The position numbers were made by a program, and so were the translations under genes. The notes beneath the pieces are model-generated. The model was given only the letters and a program-made list of their open reading frames with translations. It was not told the DNA's origin and searched no databases. This document shows positions 38,996-52,675 of a stretch of 64,000 nucleotides of DNA, in pieces. How positions within the stretch are numbered: the stretch's first letter is position 1; every line of letters starts with the position of its first letter. Origin of the DNA: Chiloscyllium plagiosum (lineage: Eukaryota); the NCBI RefSeq assembly GCF_004010195.1, contig NC_057720.1:24702901-24766900 (forward strand), written 5' to 3'.

Positions 38996-39660
38996 AAAAC
39001 ATCTTCACCACATTCTCTCTATCCAGGCCTTTCAGTGTTCTATGAGTTTCAATCAGATTCTCCATCGTCTTTCTAAACTTCATTGACTACAGACCAAGAG
39101 TGCTCAACTGCTCCACATATGACAAACACTTCATTCCTGGGATCATCCTTGTAAATCTTCAATGCCAGTACATCATTCCTTTGATATGGGCCCAAACCCG
39201 CTCACAGTATTCCCAATATGGTAAGACCAGAGCCTTAAACAGCCTTAGCAGTACATCTTTGCTCTTACATTCTAGGTTTCTTGCAATTAATGCTAACATT
39301 GCATTTGCCTTCCTAACTGCCAACTGAACCTACATGTTAACCTTAAGAGGATCCTGAATGAGTGTTTAGGAAATACTCTATGCCTCTTTTCTTCCCACCA
39401 AAGTGCATAACCACACAGTTTCCCACATTGTATTCCATCTACCACTTCTTTGCCTACTCTCCTAGCATGTCCAAGTCCTTCTGCAGTCTCCCTACTTCCT
39501 CAAAACTACCTGACCCACCACCTATCTTTATGTCATCTGTAAATTTAGCAACAATGCCCTCAATTCCTTCATCCAGATCGTTAATGTATAACGTGAATAG
39601 TTGTGGTCTCAAGTTGTGGAACTCCACGATTCATTGGCTGCCATCTGAAAATGACCCCTG
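38996..39660 (-). mobile_element. CR1 fragment
   Basis: Reverse-strand CR1 RT C-terminal motifs (AKFTDDIKIGG, WAKKW, LVLPYWEYCERVWAHI). Confidence 0.8.
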
Positions 39661-40164
39661 AATGTACACATGTGCCATTCAATAGTGACTTTCCAAGACA
39701 AAAAGAAAATTTGATAAATTGCGCTGATAGAGAAGCTATTTCTGCTGACAGTAGGTGAACTGAAGACATTGACTTAAAGGTATCCTCAGGATGTTTCAGT
39801 GTCTTTGCACTGTTTGTCTTTGGCATTTTCATTTTTTAAAAATTGTTTTTCACAATTCTTTAAAGACTTGATTGAAGGAAATGTTTTTATTGACTTTGTT
39901 TTGAAAGGGGGCATATATTTCTGTCAGGGAGAGAATGAGAGAAATGTTTGAATTTAAAATATAAACCTTCTGTAACTTTTGTTTTCTACTCTATTTACCC
40001 CAGAAAATGTATTGAGAGAATTCAAGAAAACAGTTGGATATTTAATTGGTTTTAATATGCAGTTGTACTTTGTTGATGGTTTAGATTTTCTTCCAGTGCC
40101 ATATCTATGAGACAATGTGGTAGAGCTTAACTTTATATAAGTGGATGAAAGTGAATTGGCATAT

Positions 40165-40600
40165 CATAGAGTCATAGAGCCATACAGATGTACTGCGCAT
40201 GGAAACAGACCCTTCGGTCCAACTCATCCATGCTGACCAGATATCCTTAATTAATCTAGTCCCATTTGCCAGCACTTGACCCACATTCCTCTAAACCCTT
40301 CCTGTTCATATACCCATCAGATGCATTTTAAATGTTGTAACTCATTCTATATACACACCACCCTGTATGTGAAAATGTTGCCCCTCGGGTCTCTTTTACA
40401 TCTTGCCATTCACCCCATCCATGCTCCTCATGATTTTCTAAACCTCTATAAACTCACCCCTCAGCCTCCGACACTTCAGGGAAGATAGTCCAAGCCGTTT
40501 CAGCCTCTTCCTATAGCTCAAACCTGCCAATCCTGGCAACATCCTTGTAAATCTTTTCTGAACCCTTTCAAATGTCACAACTTCTTTTCTTGTAGCAGGG
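40165..40600 (-). mobile_element. CR1 3' end
   Basis: Tail TCATAGAGTCATAGAG; EVVTFERVQKRFTRMLPGLAGLSYRKRL. Confidence 0.9.
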
Positions 40601-43105
40601 AGCTCAGAATTCACGTTATATCTCTTCCTGTTTTCACTTACATTCAAAGTTTTGAATCTCCGTTGCCCATTTCAGACAAGGTCTGTCTCAAAGAGTGAGA
40701 AAAAGAGAAGGGTGGTGGGAGGAAGAGACAGAATATAATTAAGAAGGTATGAAAGTGTGTATTTGAAGGAAATGAAGGGAAGCAGGAGAAAGGGAGCATC
40801 TTTGATAGTGATGACTTTTACTTGGGTTGGGGCAAGGATAATAGATGGACAATAATGGGTTGAAGGTGAAACAAGTGACTGCAGAGCAAAGTAGAATGGT
40901 AGAATTCAGCATTGAGCAGATAATGCAAAAGGGTGGGTTAAGATTAGTTTTGAGAATGAAGTGACATTGGGAAGCCAGTAGGGTAGTGAGAAGGTGAAAA
41001 GGTAGACTATTTTAATGTGTCATGACTAAATATAGTACAGACTATTGATCTTTGTGGTTCCATGAGTCAGTTTAATACCTGGACTTACATGGATTGAAAT
41101 AGTTTTAAAAAGGAACCAAAATACTGACTTCAAATGGCCACAGAGATTTCCTGATCCAAACAGATTGGCCAAATTTCATGGAACTTACATGGATTAGATT
41201 GAAGACCCATGAACAAAGAAACCAGTCAAATCAGAATAAATGGGAGGTGTGAAAAGATTCCAATTCCTTATTTGGTTTACACCATTCTGAGAACCTTTCG
41301 TGATGAAACATCAACTGGAATTATCAACCCGGACACAATGACCTCAACAGGCATAGCTTATACAGTCAACTTGTGTTTCTAGTAGTGCTTTGGCAGACCA
41401 GGAAGGGATGAAATCAAGAATACAAAACTGAACAACAACTGAGAAGGCAGTCAGTCTGAAGAAGCAAAGTGCCTAGCTTAACATTAATTGTAAAGAAGAA
41501 TCAGAGGACCAAGAACTTGGAAGGATAGCTTTAGTTACTCAACACCGCTGAGGTCCAAGAGTTCAATGAATCAGCTGTGGTCATGGTTAAAACATGAACA
41601 CACAAGGGACTCTAAACTGTGACTATAGATACATGGCCACAGATACCTGGAAACAACACTACTTGGAAGTTTCCCTCCAAGCCATTCACCATTCTGAATT
41701 GGAAATATATCACTGTTCATTCACTGTCCTTGGGTGAAAATCCTGGATTTACCTCCCTGATGGCATTGTGGGTACACAAATGGACTGCAGTGGCATCTCA
41801 CCACTATCTTCTCAAGAGGAACTAGGAATGGGCAATTCAGTTGGCCCAATCAGCAATGCTCACATCTCACGAATAAATAAAAAAAACTTATCTTCCTTTG
41901 TACTGGAAATTATCTATTTAACTTTTATAACTTTGTACTGATGTGTGTTTATGTATGAAGGTCCAATGTACAAAGGCCCTGTGTTTGACATTCCATCTTT
42001 ATTATTTTCTATGAGATCGACAGGTAATAAAATTGATTTTTCTTTCACACAAGAATATTCTGTGATTGACTCACGGAAAAAAAACTACATTTTAATTGAT
42101 AAAGGGAAGTTTTGTGCTTAAAAGATCTTAAATCTTTTTCATTACCAAATGAGGAGGTTGAAAACAGAGGAACTGGTTTATCCTTTCTCACTTGATCCTA
42201 ACAAGTAGAACTGATCTGGTGAGGAGAAGCTTGATTAATTGCAAGTGGGGTTGGAAACAGATGCACTAAGGTCATGTTTTCACCACAGCCCTGTATAAAT
42301 GTAGATATGTGTTTAAATTGATTTAATATAGAACACAAACAAAACAGTTATGTTGGCAGAATTGATTTAAGAATGCAGATCTTATATTTCAAGCATGTTG
42401 ACACTGTGATAACAGCTTTGGAGAAGGATGAAATTTTACACAATGGGACAGGATATATGTCCGTCTGGATCTGTGTGTTCAGCAGTCTCTTTAATGACCT
42501 AAGGGTCATTACATCCCAACAAAGTTAAACTCAGTAAGAATTTGACAATGTATGTTTATTTTCATAATTGACTAATTGATATATGAAGCAAATTTCAGCT
42601 AGGAACTTCAGGAATATTCTTCACACAACTCCCTAGACATAGAACTGGTATAACTTCCTAGACATAGAACTGGTGTGTGTGTGTGTTGCTTTCTGAGGCT
42701 TGAGATGGATGTTGGGAAAACAATAAATCAAGTTAATTGTCAAATGATCATCAACAAAGCTCTTCCTTTTCCAACTCTGTTATTAGAAGTAGAAAAAGGA
42801 TATTCATCCCAAAGGCAGCTGCAAACATTGACCACTGCCCTCTTTAGAGGAGCTGGAATGTAGCTCTCTTGTGGTGGAGTGGGAGTGTCCCTACCCCAGG
42901 AGCAGGAGGTCTGGGTTTAAGTTCCACCTGTTCCACAGTTGTATAATAACATCTCTGAACAGGTTGATTAGAAAAATAGGTTAAATAAACAAAAAAAAGG
43001 AGCTGGGTAAACGCAGAATCAGCTTTTGGTTGCAGCTCTTTCACAGCTGTCTAATGTAAGAGAGAAGATTAAATGAACACCAGTGCCTAAAGGCCTGTTC
43101 AGAAA

Positions 43106-43713
43106 CTTGCATTATTGGCTGATTTGAATCTTATGGCTTCAGTTATGAATCACTTAGCTAAATCAGGGATGGATCTGTTTATGAGCAGCCCTCACCTTCG
43201 CACCTCTCACACTTACCCCATCATGCTAATGTTCAATGCTTTACTTTATGAACTGGCAAACACCACCCCGCACCCTTTCCCATCCTTCATTTGCACCAAC
43301 TCACCTTCCATCTACTTCCCTCTTCTTTGCTTGCTCTTTTTCTCCACACTCTCTGTCATTTTCTACTTCTAGTCCTTTACTATTCCTCCTTCCCCGTTTC
43401 AAATGTATGCTTGCATTATTGGCTGATTTGAATCTTATGGCTTCAGTTATGAATCACTTAGCTAAATCAGGGACGGATCTGTTTATGAGCAGCCCTCACC
43501 TTCGCACCTCTCACACTTACCCCATCATGCTAATGTTCAATGCTTTACTTTATGAACTGGCAAATACCACCCCGCACCCTTTCCCATCCTTCATTTGCAC
43601 CAACTCACCTTCCATCTCCTTCCCTCCTCTTTGCTTGCTCTTTTTCTCCACACTCTCTGTCATTTTCTACTTCTAGTCCTTTACTATTCCTCCTTCCCCG
43701 TTTCAAATGTATG
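43106..43713 (+). repeat. Two-copy tandem duplication, 304-bp unit
   Basis: 43106-43409 and 43410-43713 differ at about 4 positions. Confidence 0.95.
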
Positions 43714-44595
43714 AGTCATAGAGAGATAGACCCTTAAGTCCAATTTATCTGCGCCAACCAGCTATCCCAATCTGACTTAGTCCCATTTGCTAGGATTTGG
43801 CCCAGATCCCTCTAATCCTTTCTTTTCACATACTCATCCAGATGCCTTTTAATTGTAATTGTACCAGCCTCCACCACTTCCTCTGGCAGTTCATTCCATA
43901 CACGGACCACTCTCTGCATGGAAAAGTTGCCCCTTAGGTCCATTTTAAGTTTTTCCTCTCTCATCGTAAATCTATGCCCTCTACTTTTGGGCTCCCCCAT
44001 CCTTGGAAAGGGCCTTGGCTATTCACCTTATCCATGTCCCTCATGATTTTATAAACCTCTTATAAAGGTCACCCTCAGTTTCCAATGCTCCATGGAAAAA
44101 AAACCCTGCCTATTCAGCATCTCCCTATAATTCAAAACCTCCAGTCCCAGCAACATCCTTGTTATCTTTTCTGCACCCTCTCAAGTTTAACAATATCCTT
44201 CCTCTAGAAGGCCAACCAGAATTGTATGCAACATTCCAAAAGTGGCCTCATCAATGTCAAGTGCAGCTACAACATAACATCCCAACTTCTAGACTCAATG
44301 AAGTCAGGCATGCCAAATGCCTTCTTCACCAACCCATTTACCTGTGACACCACTTTCAAGGAACTATGCACCTGCACCCCTAGGTCTCTTTGTTCGGAAA
44401 CACACCTGGTTTACCTTACCAAAATGCAACACCTCACATTTATCTAAATTAAACTCCATCTGCGATGCCTCAGCATTAGCCCACCTGATCAAGATTCCAT
44501 TGTAATATGAGACAACCTTCCTCATGTTTTGGTGTCATCTGCAAACTTCCTATATCCACTTCCAGAACATTTATATAAATGACGAAAAGCAGAGT
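43714..44595 (-). mobile_element. CR1 3' fragment
   Basis: LRGNFSMQRVVRVWNELPEEVVEAGT; tail GAGTCATAGAG. Confidence 0.9.
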
Positions 44596-45854
44596 CATTA
44601 TCTCTTCACTTTCTAACCACATGTTTAACCTGGTCTTCATACCCCAGAATAACACCATAGCAGATTGAAAATCAGCTGGAATATCAATGGGAATTGTGTC
44701 TACAGCATCCTCGCTACATCAGAGTTATGTGTCTCTCAGTAATATTACAATTGCAGCTGCTCCTGTCTCAAGAACATTTACAAACAGAATCGCTTTCTGT
44801 TAACTTGCCTTGGAGAAAAAAGTGTTTCAGGTTTTACTGAGGTTATAGTAGAATATTTAAAAACAGGTTCTGGTGATTTATCTGTAGTTCCTGTTCAAAT
44901 CCTGATTTCATATACTATTCTACTCAGTGATACATCATATGGATCTGTCTCACACACATAAAAATTCTGATGAGGTGCTATTATCAATCAAACAGACTGA
45001 GGAAATGAACTAGACATCGTTTCAGAACTATGACGGTGCAGGAAATGAGAAAACAGCTGCATCACCCCCTTATGAAATGTGTCAGTCCTCTTTTTGTTCT
45101 GGAACATGCTATTCCATTTTCTAAATATCAGCTCGAAGGTATACGATACCAAAAGTCAAGCCCTCTCGATTACAACAACCTAGCAAAGCTCTTGCTGTCA
45201 ATAGTAACCCCTATAATGTTGCAAATGAGGAAGAACATGGAGGAATGAGAAAATGGGAATAGCTAGATATGATAGGAAAGACATTTCAGCCTGTTAGAAC
45301 ATTGAGCAAGAGGTCTGTAAAGATAGCAATTCAGAATGTGATTACTTGCAGAAATAATGGGGAAACTTTCTCATGTTAGAGTCTAAGGACAATGAGCTGT
45401 GATATTTCTCTTGGGAGAGTTACGTTACCGTGTCCTCTTCAAAGTGTTTTACACTTACTTTGATCATTGTACCTTTTTCATTTAATAGAATGTGGACATC
45501 ACTAGCTAAGCTAGTATTTATTGCCAATCCTTAACTGTCCTGAGACAGAGTGGCAGCCTAGACCATTTCAGAGGGTAGTTAAAAATCAACCACATTATCT
45601 GCAGTCACACATTGGGCTGACCAGGCAAGGACAGCAGATTTCTGTTTTTACATAACAACCAACAGTTGTAACATGACCAACGTTATATTCTAGATTTTTA
45701 TTCAATTTAAATTTCACTATCTACCCTGGTCTGATTTGAACTCATATCCCCAGAAGATTTGAGTGTGGAATTTTGGATTACGGCTCAGTGACATTACCAC
45801 TACACCACTGCCAATGCGTCACCTCCTGTTGTGACCTTCAGCTATCTATCAGTT

Positions 45855-46325
45855 AGAGTTATAGAGCTGTACAGCATGGAAGCAGGCCCTTCGGTCCAGT
45901 TCGTCCATGCCAACCAGATATTCTAAATTAATCTGGTCTCATGCTGCCTTTTAAATGTTGTAATTTTACCAGCTGTCACCACTTCCTCTGGCAGCTCATT
46001 CCAACCACACATCACCCTCTGCATGAGAAAGTTGCCCCTTCAATGCCTTTTATATCTTTCCCCTCTCACTTAAACCTATGCCTTCTAGCTTTGGACTGCC
46101 CCACCCCAGGGAAAAGACACTGTCTATTTACCCTATCCATGCTCCTCATGATTTTATAAACCTCTATAAGATCACCCCTCAACCTTCAACACTCCAGGGA
46201 AAAGAGCCCCAGCCTATTCAGCCTCTCCCTGTAGCTCTAATGCTCCAACCCTGACAACATCCTTGTAAATATTTTCTGAACCCTTGCATGTTTCATAACA
46301 TCCTTCCTTTAGCAGGGAGACCAGC
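45855..46325 (-). mobile_element. CR1 3' fragment
   Basis: Reverse complement of the standard CR1 3' end. Confidence 0.88.
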
Positions 46326-46663
46326 CATTTGTGCTGCAGTGTTAAGCCAAGCTAATGAGCATAGTTTTACTGGATTAATAACCTGAGCAACTATTGTAAA
46401 AATTAAATACCAATCTTGACAGGCAATAGTTATGGACCTACAAAAGTATTTTTGATATTTCAAGATGGAAGGAGGCTATTTGACCCATTCTGCTTGAATC
46501 AGTGCCAGTTCCATTTTAGTACTATCTATTCAAGTGATAATTCCTTCATTTTCCTTGAAAACCTTTAGTATCTTTCTATCTTCAACTATTTATTTAAATC
46601 CTATAATTGACTATACCCCCACTATAGGAATATGGTCATTCATCATTATCTCAAGGGCAGTTA

Positions 46664-46704
46664 GGGATTCCTGATGAAGGGCTTTTGCCCGAAACGTCGA
46701 TTTT
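46664..46704 (+). ncRNA. Minimal hammerhead-like motif (family A), intact core, sense to TIE1 intron 1, within short element ~46662-46796
   Basis: GGGAUUC-CUGAUGA-A-GGGC-UUUU-GCCC-GAAA-C-GUC-GAUUUU; predicted cleavage after C46698. Confidence 0.7.
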
Positions 46705-47003
46705 GCTGCTCATCGGATGCTGCCTGAATTGCTGTGCTCTTCCAGCACCACTGATCCAGAATCTGGTTTCCAGCATCTGCAGTCATTGTTTTTACCCCAT
46801 AAATGATAACTGTCAGCCTTGCCAGCATTATGGCAGTCCCTGGGCATGGCTCCCCCCTCCCTAACCCATCCTCCATTTGTCACAACAAGATTACTTTAAA
46901 AATAATCCCCTTCATAGTGGATACTTTTCATCCAGACCAAAGGAATTTAGATTGTAAAAGCAGCCAATTGAATTGGATTTCTTGAGTTAATGAAAGACTG
47001 AGT

Positions 47004-47135
47004 AGAAAGTGAGGACTGCAGATGCTGAAGATCAGGGTTGAGAGTGTGGTGCTGGAAAAGCAAGCAGGTCAGGTAACATCTGAGGAGCAGGAGAATCGAC
47101 ATTTCAGGCATAAGCCCTTCATCCTGATCACTCTG
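47004..47135 (-). mobile_element. Short family A element
   Basis: Exact 15-bp TSD AATGAAAGACTGAGT (46989-47003, 47136-47150); decayed core. Confidence 0.85.
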
Positions 47136-48347
47136 AATGAAAGACTGAGTTTATTAGCTGAGTTTATTAGCAGCTAACCATGAGATGAAATAATAATGCA
47201 ACATGTATACACGTGAATTAGCAACAGGAAGTGACAAAAAAGTACAAGTTAAAAAGTGTGGATCGGTCCCTGAGTTATTTGTTGCAGTTGTTACAGTGGA
47301 TGTTCTTGAGATTGGTCATTGAACAGCCTTTTTTTGAGATTTTTGGCTTTGCAGGTTGATTGAAATTGTCTTGTCTTGGTTCTTTTCGACAATGGCTAGG
47401 TGGCAGTCCCAAGTCTCCATTATCGAAAAGTACATTTAAGTCGTCATTGGACAAGCATATGGACGTACACGGAATAGTGTAGGTTAGATGGGCTTCAGAT
47501 TGGTATGGGGGAACAGGATTTGGTGTGCATTAGGACTGCAAAAGCAGTAGAGTTTTAAATGGCATCTTACAACACTTGCATTTGATTATCTATATGCTTA
47601 TAATTGCAGCATTAGTATCTTCAACCATAACCTTTGGAAAGCTTTTCCTGAACCACTACACTTCTCTACCACTATATATATATAGCTTCTTAAAACTTAA
47701 CTCTTTAGCCAAGCTTTTGATTGGCTGCCCTAACACCTCTCTATGTGGCTGTGTGTCAAATTCTGTTTGTGAAGCATGTGGCATGTTCCCAGGCTTTAAA
47801 AAAGTTAACAAAAATGCAAAAGTTATTGGTGTAATGAAAATGCACAATTAAAATCTTTGGTACATTTTTAAAATTTCAATTTACAGATAACTTGCTACTC
47901 ACTAAACCATTCATGCATTTGTAATTATGATAAATTAGGCATTCCATCAGGTTGAATAATTTAAATATCTAAACTTCCCCTTCAAAAATGAAACATCCCA
48001 GTGTTTTTGGATTAAAGAAGAGTATTTTCTGTTGAAATTGAGGGAAAATACTAAATTTGTGAAATCAATGCAAACACAATTGCTTTAATTTCCATATCTT
48101 CCAAGAGTTTAAAGGATTATAACCTATACATTTTATAGAATACAAGACCGTAATCCCATCTGAAATGAATTGTTATAATTGGTTTACAGTGAGTTTCTAG
48201 TAAGCAAAATTTCTTACAATATTCAGAATAGGGAATGTGTAGTTTAAAAACGTAACCTTTATGAGGAAGGCCTGAAAGTCATGTGACTTTCATTGCAAAT
48301 TTTCACATTTTGAATCTTCAATGCTTTCTATGTATTTTTTCATACAG

Positions 48348-48641
48348 GAGCAATTTTGGACCTCTACCTAATCACGGACCTCAATTCTTCGAACGTATTT
48401 CCTCTTTCCTGCGTGTCCGGTGAGCGTCGTTCTGATGGACCTGAACTTAAAATGGAAAAGGACAGTTCGATAGTTCAAGTGAAAAAACACAATTTCAATT
48501 ATGAAACTGACTCCAGCAGACACAATGGCATCCAGGCGACAGGCTCCAGTAAGGATTGGGAACAGGTGGGGATCTACTACTGCGAAGGAAGACGACAGAC
48601 AGAGAAAACTCACATTGTGACAATTATCAACAGCAATGCAG
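48348..48641 (+). CDS. TIE1: TIE1 coding exon 2 (Ig-like domain 1)
   Basis: TTTTTTCATACAG|GA...GCAG|GTAATC; 294 nt, phase 1-1; AILDLYLITDLNSSNVFPLSCVSGERRSDGPELKMEKDSSIV...QVGIYYCEGRRQTEKTHIVTIINSNA. CVSGE and EKD..IV are TIE1-type rather than TEK-type. Confidence 0.95.
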
Positions 48642-48789
48642 GTAATCTTTGGAACAACAGCTAGACAGAAACAAAGTGGCTTTGACTGAGTTTTAATTCG
48701 GTATTGATGCTTTCTGGCACATAAGCGGTTCTAAAACAGTTTCAGTCAGGGAAATCATCACCCATGGTTGAACTCAAGTTAAACACCTT

Positions 48790-49030
48790 GTCAGCCATTA
48801 CTCTTACCTCTGAGTCCTAAGGTTCTGTCTCCAAGTTCTCATTCAGGGCTTGAACATGAAAATTAAGGCTGGCATTCCAGTGGTGCATTATCGAAGGGAT
48901 GCTGTATTGTTAGAGGTGCCATGTTTTGAATGCAACATCAAATCAAGACCTCATCTGCCTGCTAATGTCAAAGATGTCTTAGCACTATTGTAAAGAGGAT
49001 CAGGAGAACTATTCTAAATGTCCCAGTCAA
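48790..49030 (+). mobile_element. Deu-domain SINE relic
   Basis: GGGATGCTGTATTGTTAGAGGTGCCATGTTTTGAATG..CAAGACCTCATCTGCC..AAAGATGTCTTAGCACTATT. Confidence 0.7.
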
Positions 49031-49549
49031 TTCGTTTTCTCTTTCTTTTCTTTTTTAATGTGGGTTTGGAATTTTTATTTTGGGTGGTATCACATTCTCA
49101 GATACAAACAGTCTGATATGCAATTCCATTGCAGGAAGTGGAATTCAGTATTGGGCAAGGCAAATAATAAATCTAATCTTTACTTAGCTGTGAAGTATTC
49201 CTTTATTGATAGGTTTAAAACTACTGTCTTTTGCAGCCTGCATCTATTACCCCCCCATAACCTTCGGTCTCCCTCCTCTTCCTTCACCATTGCAACCTGC
49301 TTCTCCCTGCTCACACCTGTAGCTCTCTTCTTAATCTGTCCTCTTTTTCATCTCATTATGAATGTTCCTTTTTCTTGACTGTCCATGCAGACCACTTGTG
49401 CTGTCCCTTTCTTCCTGCTTGGAACCCTTGTTCTTCCCCCATGGCAGCCATCTTCTTCACCCATGGCAGCCATCTTCTTCATTCATGGCACCCAAAGTGC
49501 TCTCTGAGCCCTCCTTGTGGCTCTTGGAATTCTGGGGGCGATCCAGCGA

Positions 49550-50030
49550 AGGTTTGCAATAATGAACCTGGGGATGAAGGGCTTGTCATATGATGGAGTG
49601 GTTAAGGACTCTGGGTCTGTACTCAATGGAGTTTAGAAGAATGATGGGGGGGAGGTTTTAATTGATATTTTCAGAACACTGAGCGGCCTGGATATAATGG
49701 ACATGGCGAAGACGTTTCCACTAGTAGAGAAACTTGGACCCAAGGGCACAGCCTCAGAATAAAGGGGATGATCCTTTAGAACTGAGATGAGGAGCAATTC
49801 ATTCAGCCAGAGGGTGGTGAATCTGTGAAACTCAGAAAGCTATGGAGACCAAGTCATTGTGTGTGTTTCAGACAGAGATAGATAGGTTCTTGATTAGTAA
49901 GAGGATCAAAGGTTACAGGGAAAAGGCAGGAGAATGGGGTTGAGAATCATATCAGCCAAAATTTCAAATGGCAGAGCAGACATGATGGGCTGAATGGCCT
50001 AATTCTGTTCCTCTCTTTTATGGTCTTTTG
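49550..50030 (+). mobile_element. CR1 3' fragment
   Basis: Same subfamily as 22970-23910; ends GGGCTGAATGGCCTAATTCTGTTCCTCTCTTTTATGGTCTT. Confidence 0.85.
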
Positions 50031-51060
50031 ATTTTTTGGAATCTGAGCTAATTGGATAGTATTTAATATCATACTAAGGATGACAACTGAAATCTTACCA
50101 AATATGTTTGTTATACAATTTGGTTCTTCATATTTTTATTAATTCAACATGCCATTTCTGTATAACTGGGTGACTTGAGCCCCCTCTAGTGCTCAGATGC
50201 TCAGTTATATAGAGAATAATCATATTTTTCACAGCATTCCATAACTCAGCTATCTCTTATGATTCTATAACGTATCCAGTTCTATCCAAAACTGTGGATA
50301 CTGTAAATCTGAAATAAAAGCAGAAAGTTCTGGAAAACGTCAGCATGTCTGGCAGCATCTTTGGAGAGAGAAACAATTAACGTTTCAGGGTCCAATGTGT
50401 TATTAAGTTATAGAAAAGCAAAATACTGTGGATGCTGTAAATTTGCACTGCTGGGAGTTAATGGTTCGAGTCTGGTGTTACTTCTTCAAAACAGTTAATG
50501 TTAAATCTATTGCTTTCCACAGATGCTGCCAGATGCCGAGTTTTTCCAGCATTCTCTGGGATTGCATTAGTATTTTTCAGCCAAATTTCCACAGGGACAC
50601 CAGAGAAAACGACTCCTATGTCTCTACGTTTAGTAACTTTTTCAACCATCAATGCTAACATCTCCATGTGGTGGTATTTATTGGGTAAATCATCATCTAT
50701 AAATAGTTGTCAGATCTGTGTTTAACTTTCTCTGTCACGATTAATATCCACACTGTCTCATTCTTCTTCCTCAGTCATTAACACTGCCATTTTTTTATGG
50801 GATTCTTTTCTGTCCTTGCCCAAGGACACTTAAGAGTTAACCACAGAGCTGTGCATCTGGTGGTGAGGGAAGGTTTCCTTTCCTGAAGGATATGATTGAA
50901 ACAGATTTTTCTTTTTCAACAATCCTGTATTTAACAATGGTTACAATTACTGATACTAGACTTCTATTCCAGGTTTACTTTAGAACTGAATTTACGTTCC
51001 TCAGCTTTAATGATGGGATTTCCATTTTTTTTATTAATCCAAGCCTCTGAATTACTGAGG

Positions 51061-51243
51061 CAAAAGTGAATACTGCAGATGCTGGAGATAGAGTCAAGAG
51101 TGTGGTGCTGGAAAAGCATAGCATCTGAGGAGCAGGAAAATCAACGTTTCGGGCAAAAGCCCTTCATCAAGAAACGTCGATTTTCCTGCTCCTTGGATGC
51201 TGCCTGACCTGCTGTGCTTTTCCAGTACCACTCTCTTGACTCT
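51061..51243. mobile_element. Head-to-head family A element
   Basis: Inverted arms AGAGTCAAGAG..GTGCTGGAAAAGCA / TGCTTTTCCAGTAC..CTCTTGACTCT meeting at ..GCCCTTCATCAAG|AAACGTCG. Confidence 0.85.
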
Positions 51244-51595
51244 TGATTAATGAGTCCAGTGATACAGCTTCCATACTTAATACTGTGCTCATACATGTAC
51301 CCTACTCTGTTTGATCATTCTTGTTTAGCCATCACTCGAGGTGTTTATGTTCATTAACTCACAAATCTCCGTCACCTGTCTCTATCACCGTCTCCTCCAT
51401 CATGACCAGTTGTTTCTGCATTTGGTAACTCCTCCTCTAGCATCACTAGCAGTGTCTGTGTTTGCTGGACACTGCCGCATCCTCAATAATCACTTGGAAA
51501 AATAAATTCTCTTTTTCCATCATTGTCATTGTAAATTTTCCACCACTGAGTCACATTGTTTCAACACATAACATGGTTTTGTTTTGACATTCCAG

Positions 51596-51706
51596 CTGAA
51601 TTCTACCCAAGCAAGCTCACAACAACAGTGAACAAGGGGGAAACAGCTCTGCTTGTAGTCCAGAAACTGAATGCTGTGAATGAAGATGTCATGTGGAAGT
51701 GTAATG
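51596..51706 (+). CDS. TIE1: TIE1 coding exon 3 (Ig-like domain 2, first half)
   Basis: TTCCAG|CT...AATG|GTGAGT; 111 nt; AEFYPSKLTTTVNKGETALLVVQKLNAVNEDVMWKCNG aligns without gaps to human TIE1 AHLLPDKVTHTVNKGDTAVLSARVHKEKQTDVIWKSNG (recalled). Confidence 0.95.
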
Positions 51707-52069
51707 GTGAGTGAAACAATCCATTCTTGAACTTTCCCTTCAGCTGTGTGTCAGCCTCCCTGCAGAGAGGCTATTAATAAGAATACAAGGAATAGGAGCA
51801 GAAGTAGGCCGTTTGGTCGTTCAAGCCTGCTTGGACATTCAACAAGATTATTGCTGATCTGTCCCAGGCCTCAACTGCTCATTCATGCTAAGTCATCATA
51901 GCCCTCAAATCCCTAATTGTTCAAAAATCAATCGATCACTTCTTTATTGACTTTCAGTGATGTAAGCTCCATAGCTCTCAGGGGTAGAGAATTCTTTACA
52001 CATTCACTATCCTCTGGGAGAAGAAATCCTTTTGTATTTCATTTTTACATGAGTGCCTCCTTATTCTTT

Positions 52070-52415
52070 TTTATTCTTTCACGGGATGAAGGCATCACTG
52101 ACTAGGCCAACATTTGTTGCCCATCCCTGATTGCCCAGAGGGCAGTTTAAGAGTCAACCATTTTGCTGTGGATCTGGAGTCACATGGATGCCAGACCAGA
52201 TAATGATGGCAGTTTCCTTCCCTAAAGGACACGAGTGAACCAGCTGATAATCGACAATGGATTCACAGTCATCGTTAGACTCTTAATTCAAGATTTTTAT
52301 TGAATTCAAACTTGATCATCCGCCTTGGTTGGATTTGAACACAGATTCCCAAGATATTACCCGGGTCTCTGGATTAACAATAAAGCAATAATACCACTAA
52401 GCCATTGCCTCCCCT
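52070..52415 (-). mobile_element. tRNA-headed SINE with CR1-like tail (related copies ~41575-41885 +, ~45480-45815 -)
   Basis: Head ..GGATTTGAAC..ATAATACCACTAAGCCATTGCCTCC in reverse; body shared with the other copies. Confidence 0.7.
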
Positions 52416-52675
52416 AAACTCTGTAACTATGCTCCCTAGTTTAAGACTCCTACACTCAGTAGAGACACCTTCTCAACACTTACCCTGTCAGGGACCTTCA
52501 GAACCATGTCTGTTGTAAAACATAGCCCTCACTTGATAGTTGGATAGTGCAATTCCTACTTAAAGGGTTTCAAAGATGTTCAGTGCAACTTAACCTAATG
52601 TGCAGGTTGAGAAAGACAGTGGTGTCGCTGAGGAGATGAAATGATGTTCAGGGCAGGGGCACTTAAGTAATATAG

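Noticed and set aside
42627..42674. 25-bp direct repeat as a CRISPR-like or regulatory array
   Set aside because: Only two adjacent copies with no spacer; ordinary slippage duplication in a eukaryotic intron.
43115..43737. Hydrophobic ORFs as duplicated membrane proteins
   Set aside because: By-product of a pyrimidine-rich tandem duplication; no splice or homology support.
48356..48664. ORF-track 102-aa protein as a standalone gene
   Set aside because: It starts at a TTG inside exon 2 and reads through the splice donor; it is an internal exon.
49438..49491. 22-bp tandem repeat CCCATGGCAGCCATCTTCTTCA
   Set aside because: About 2.4 copies of a simple minisatellite with no further structure.
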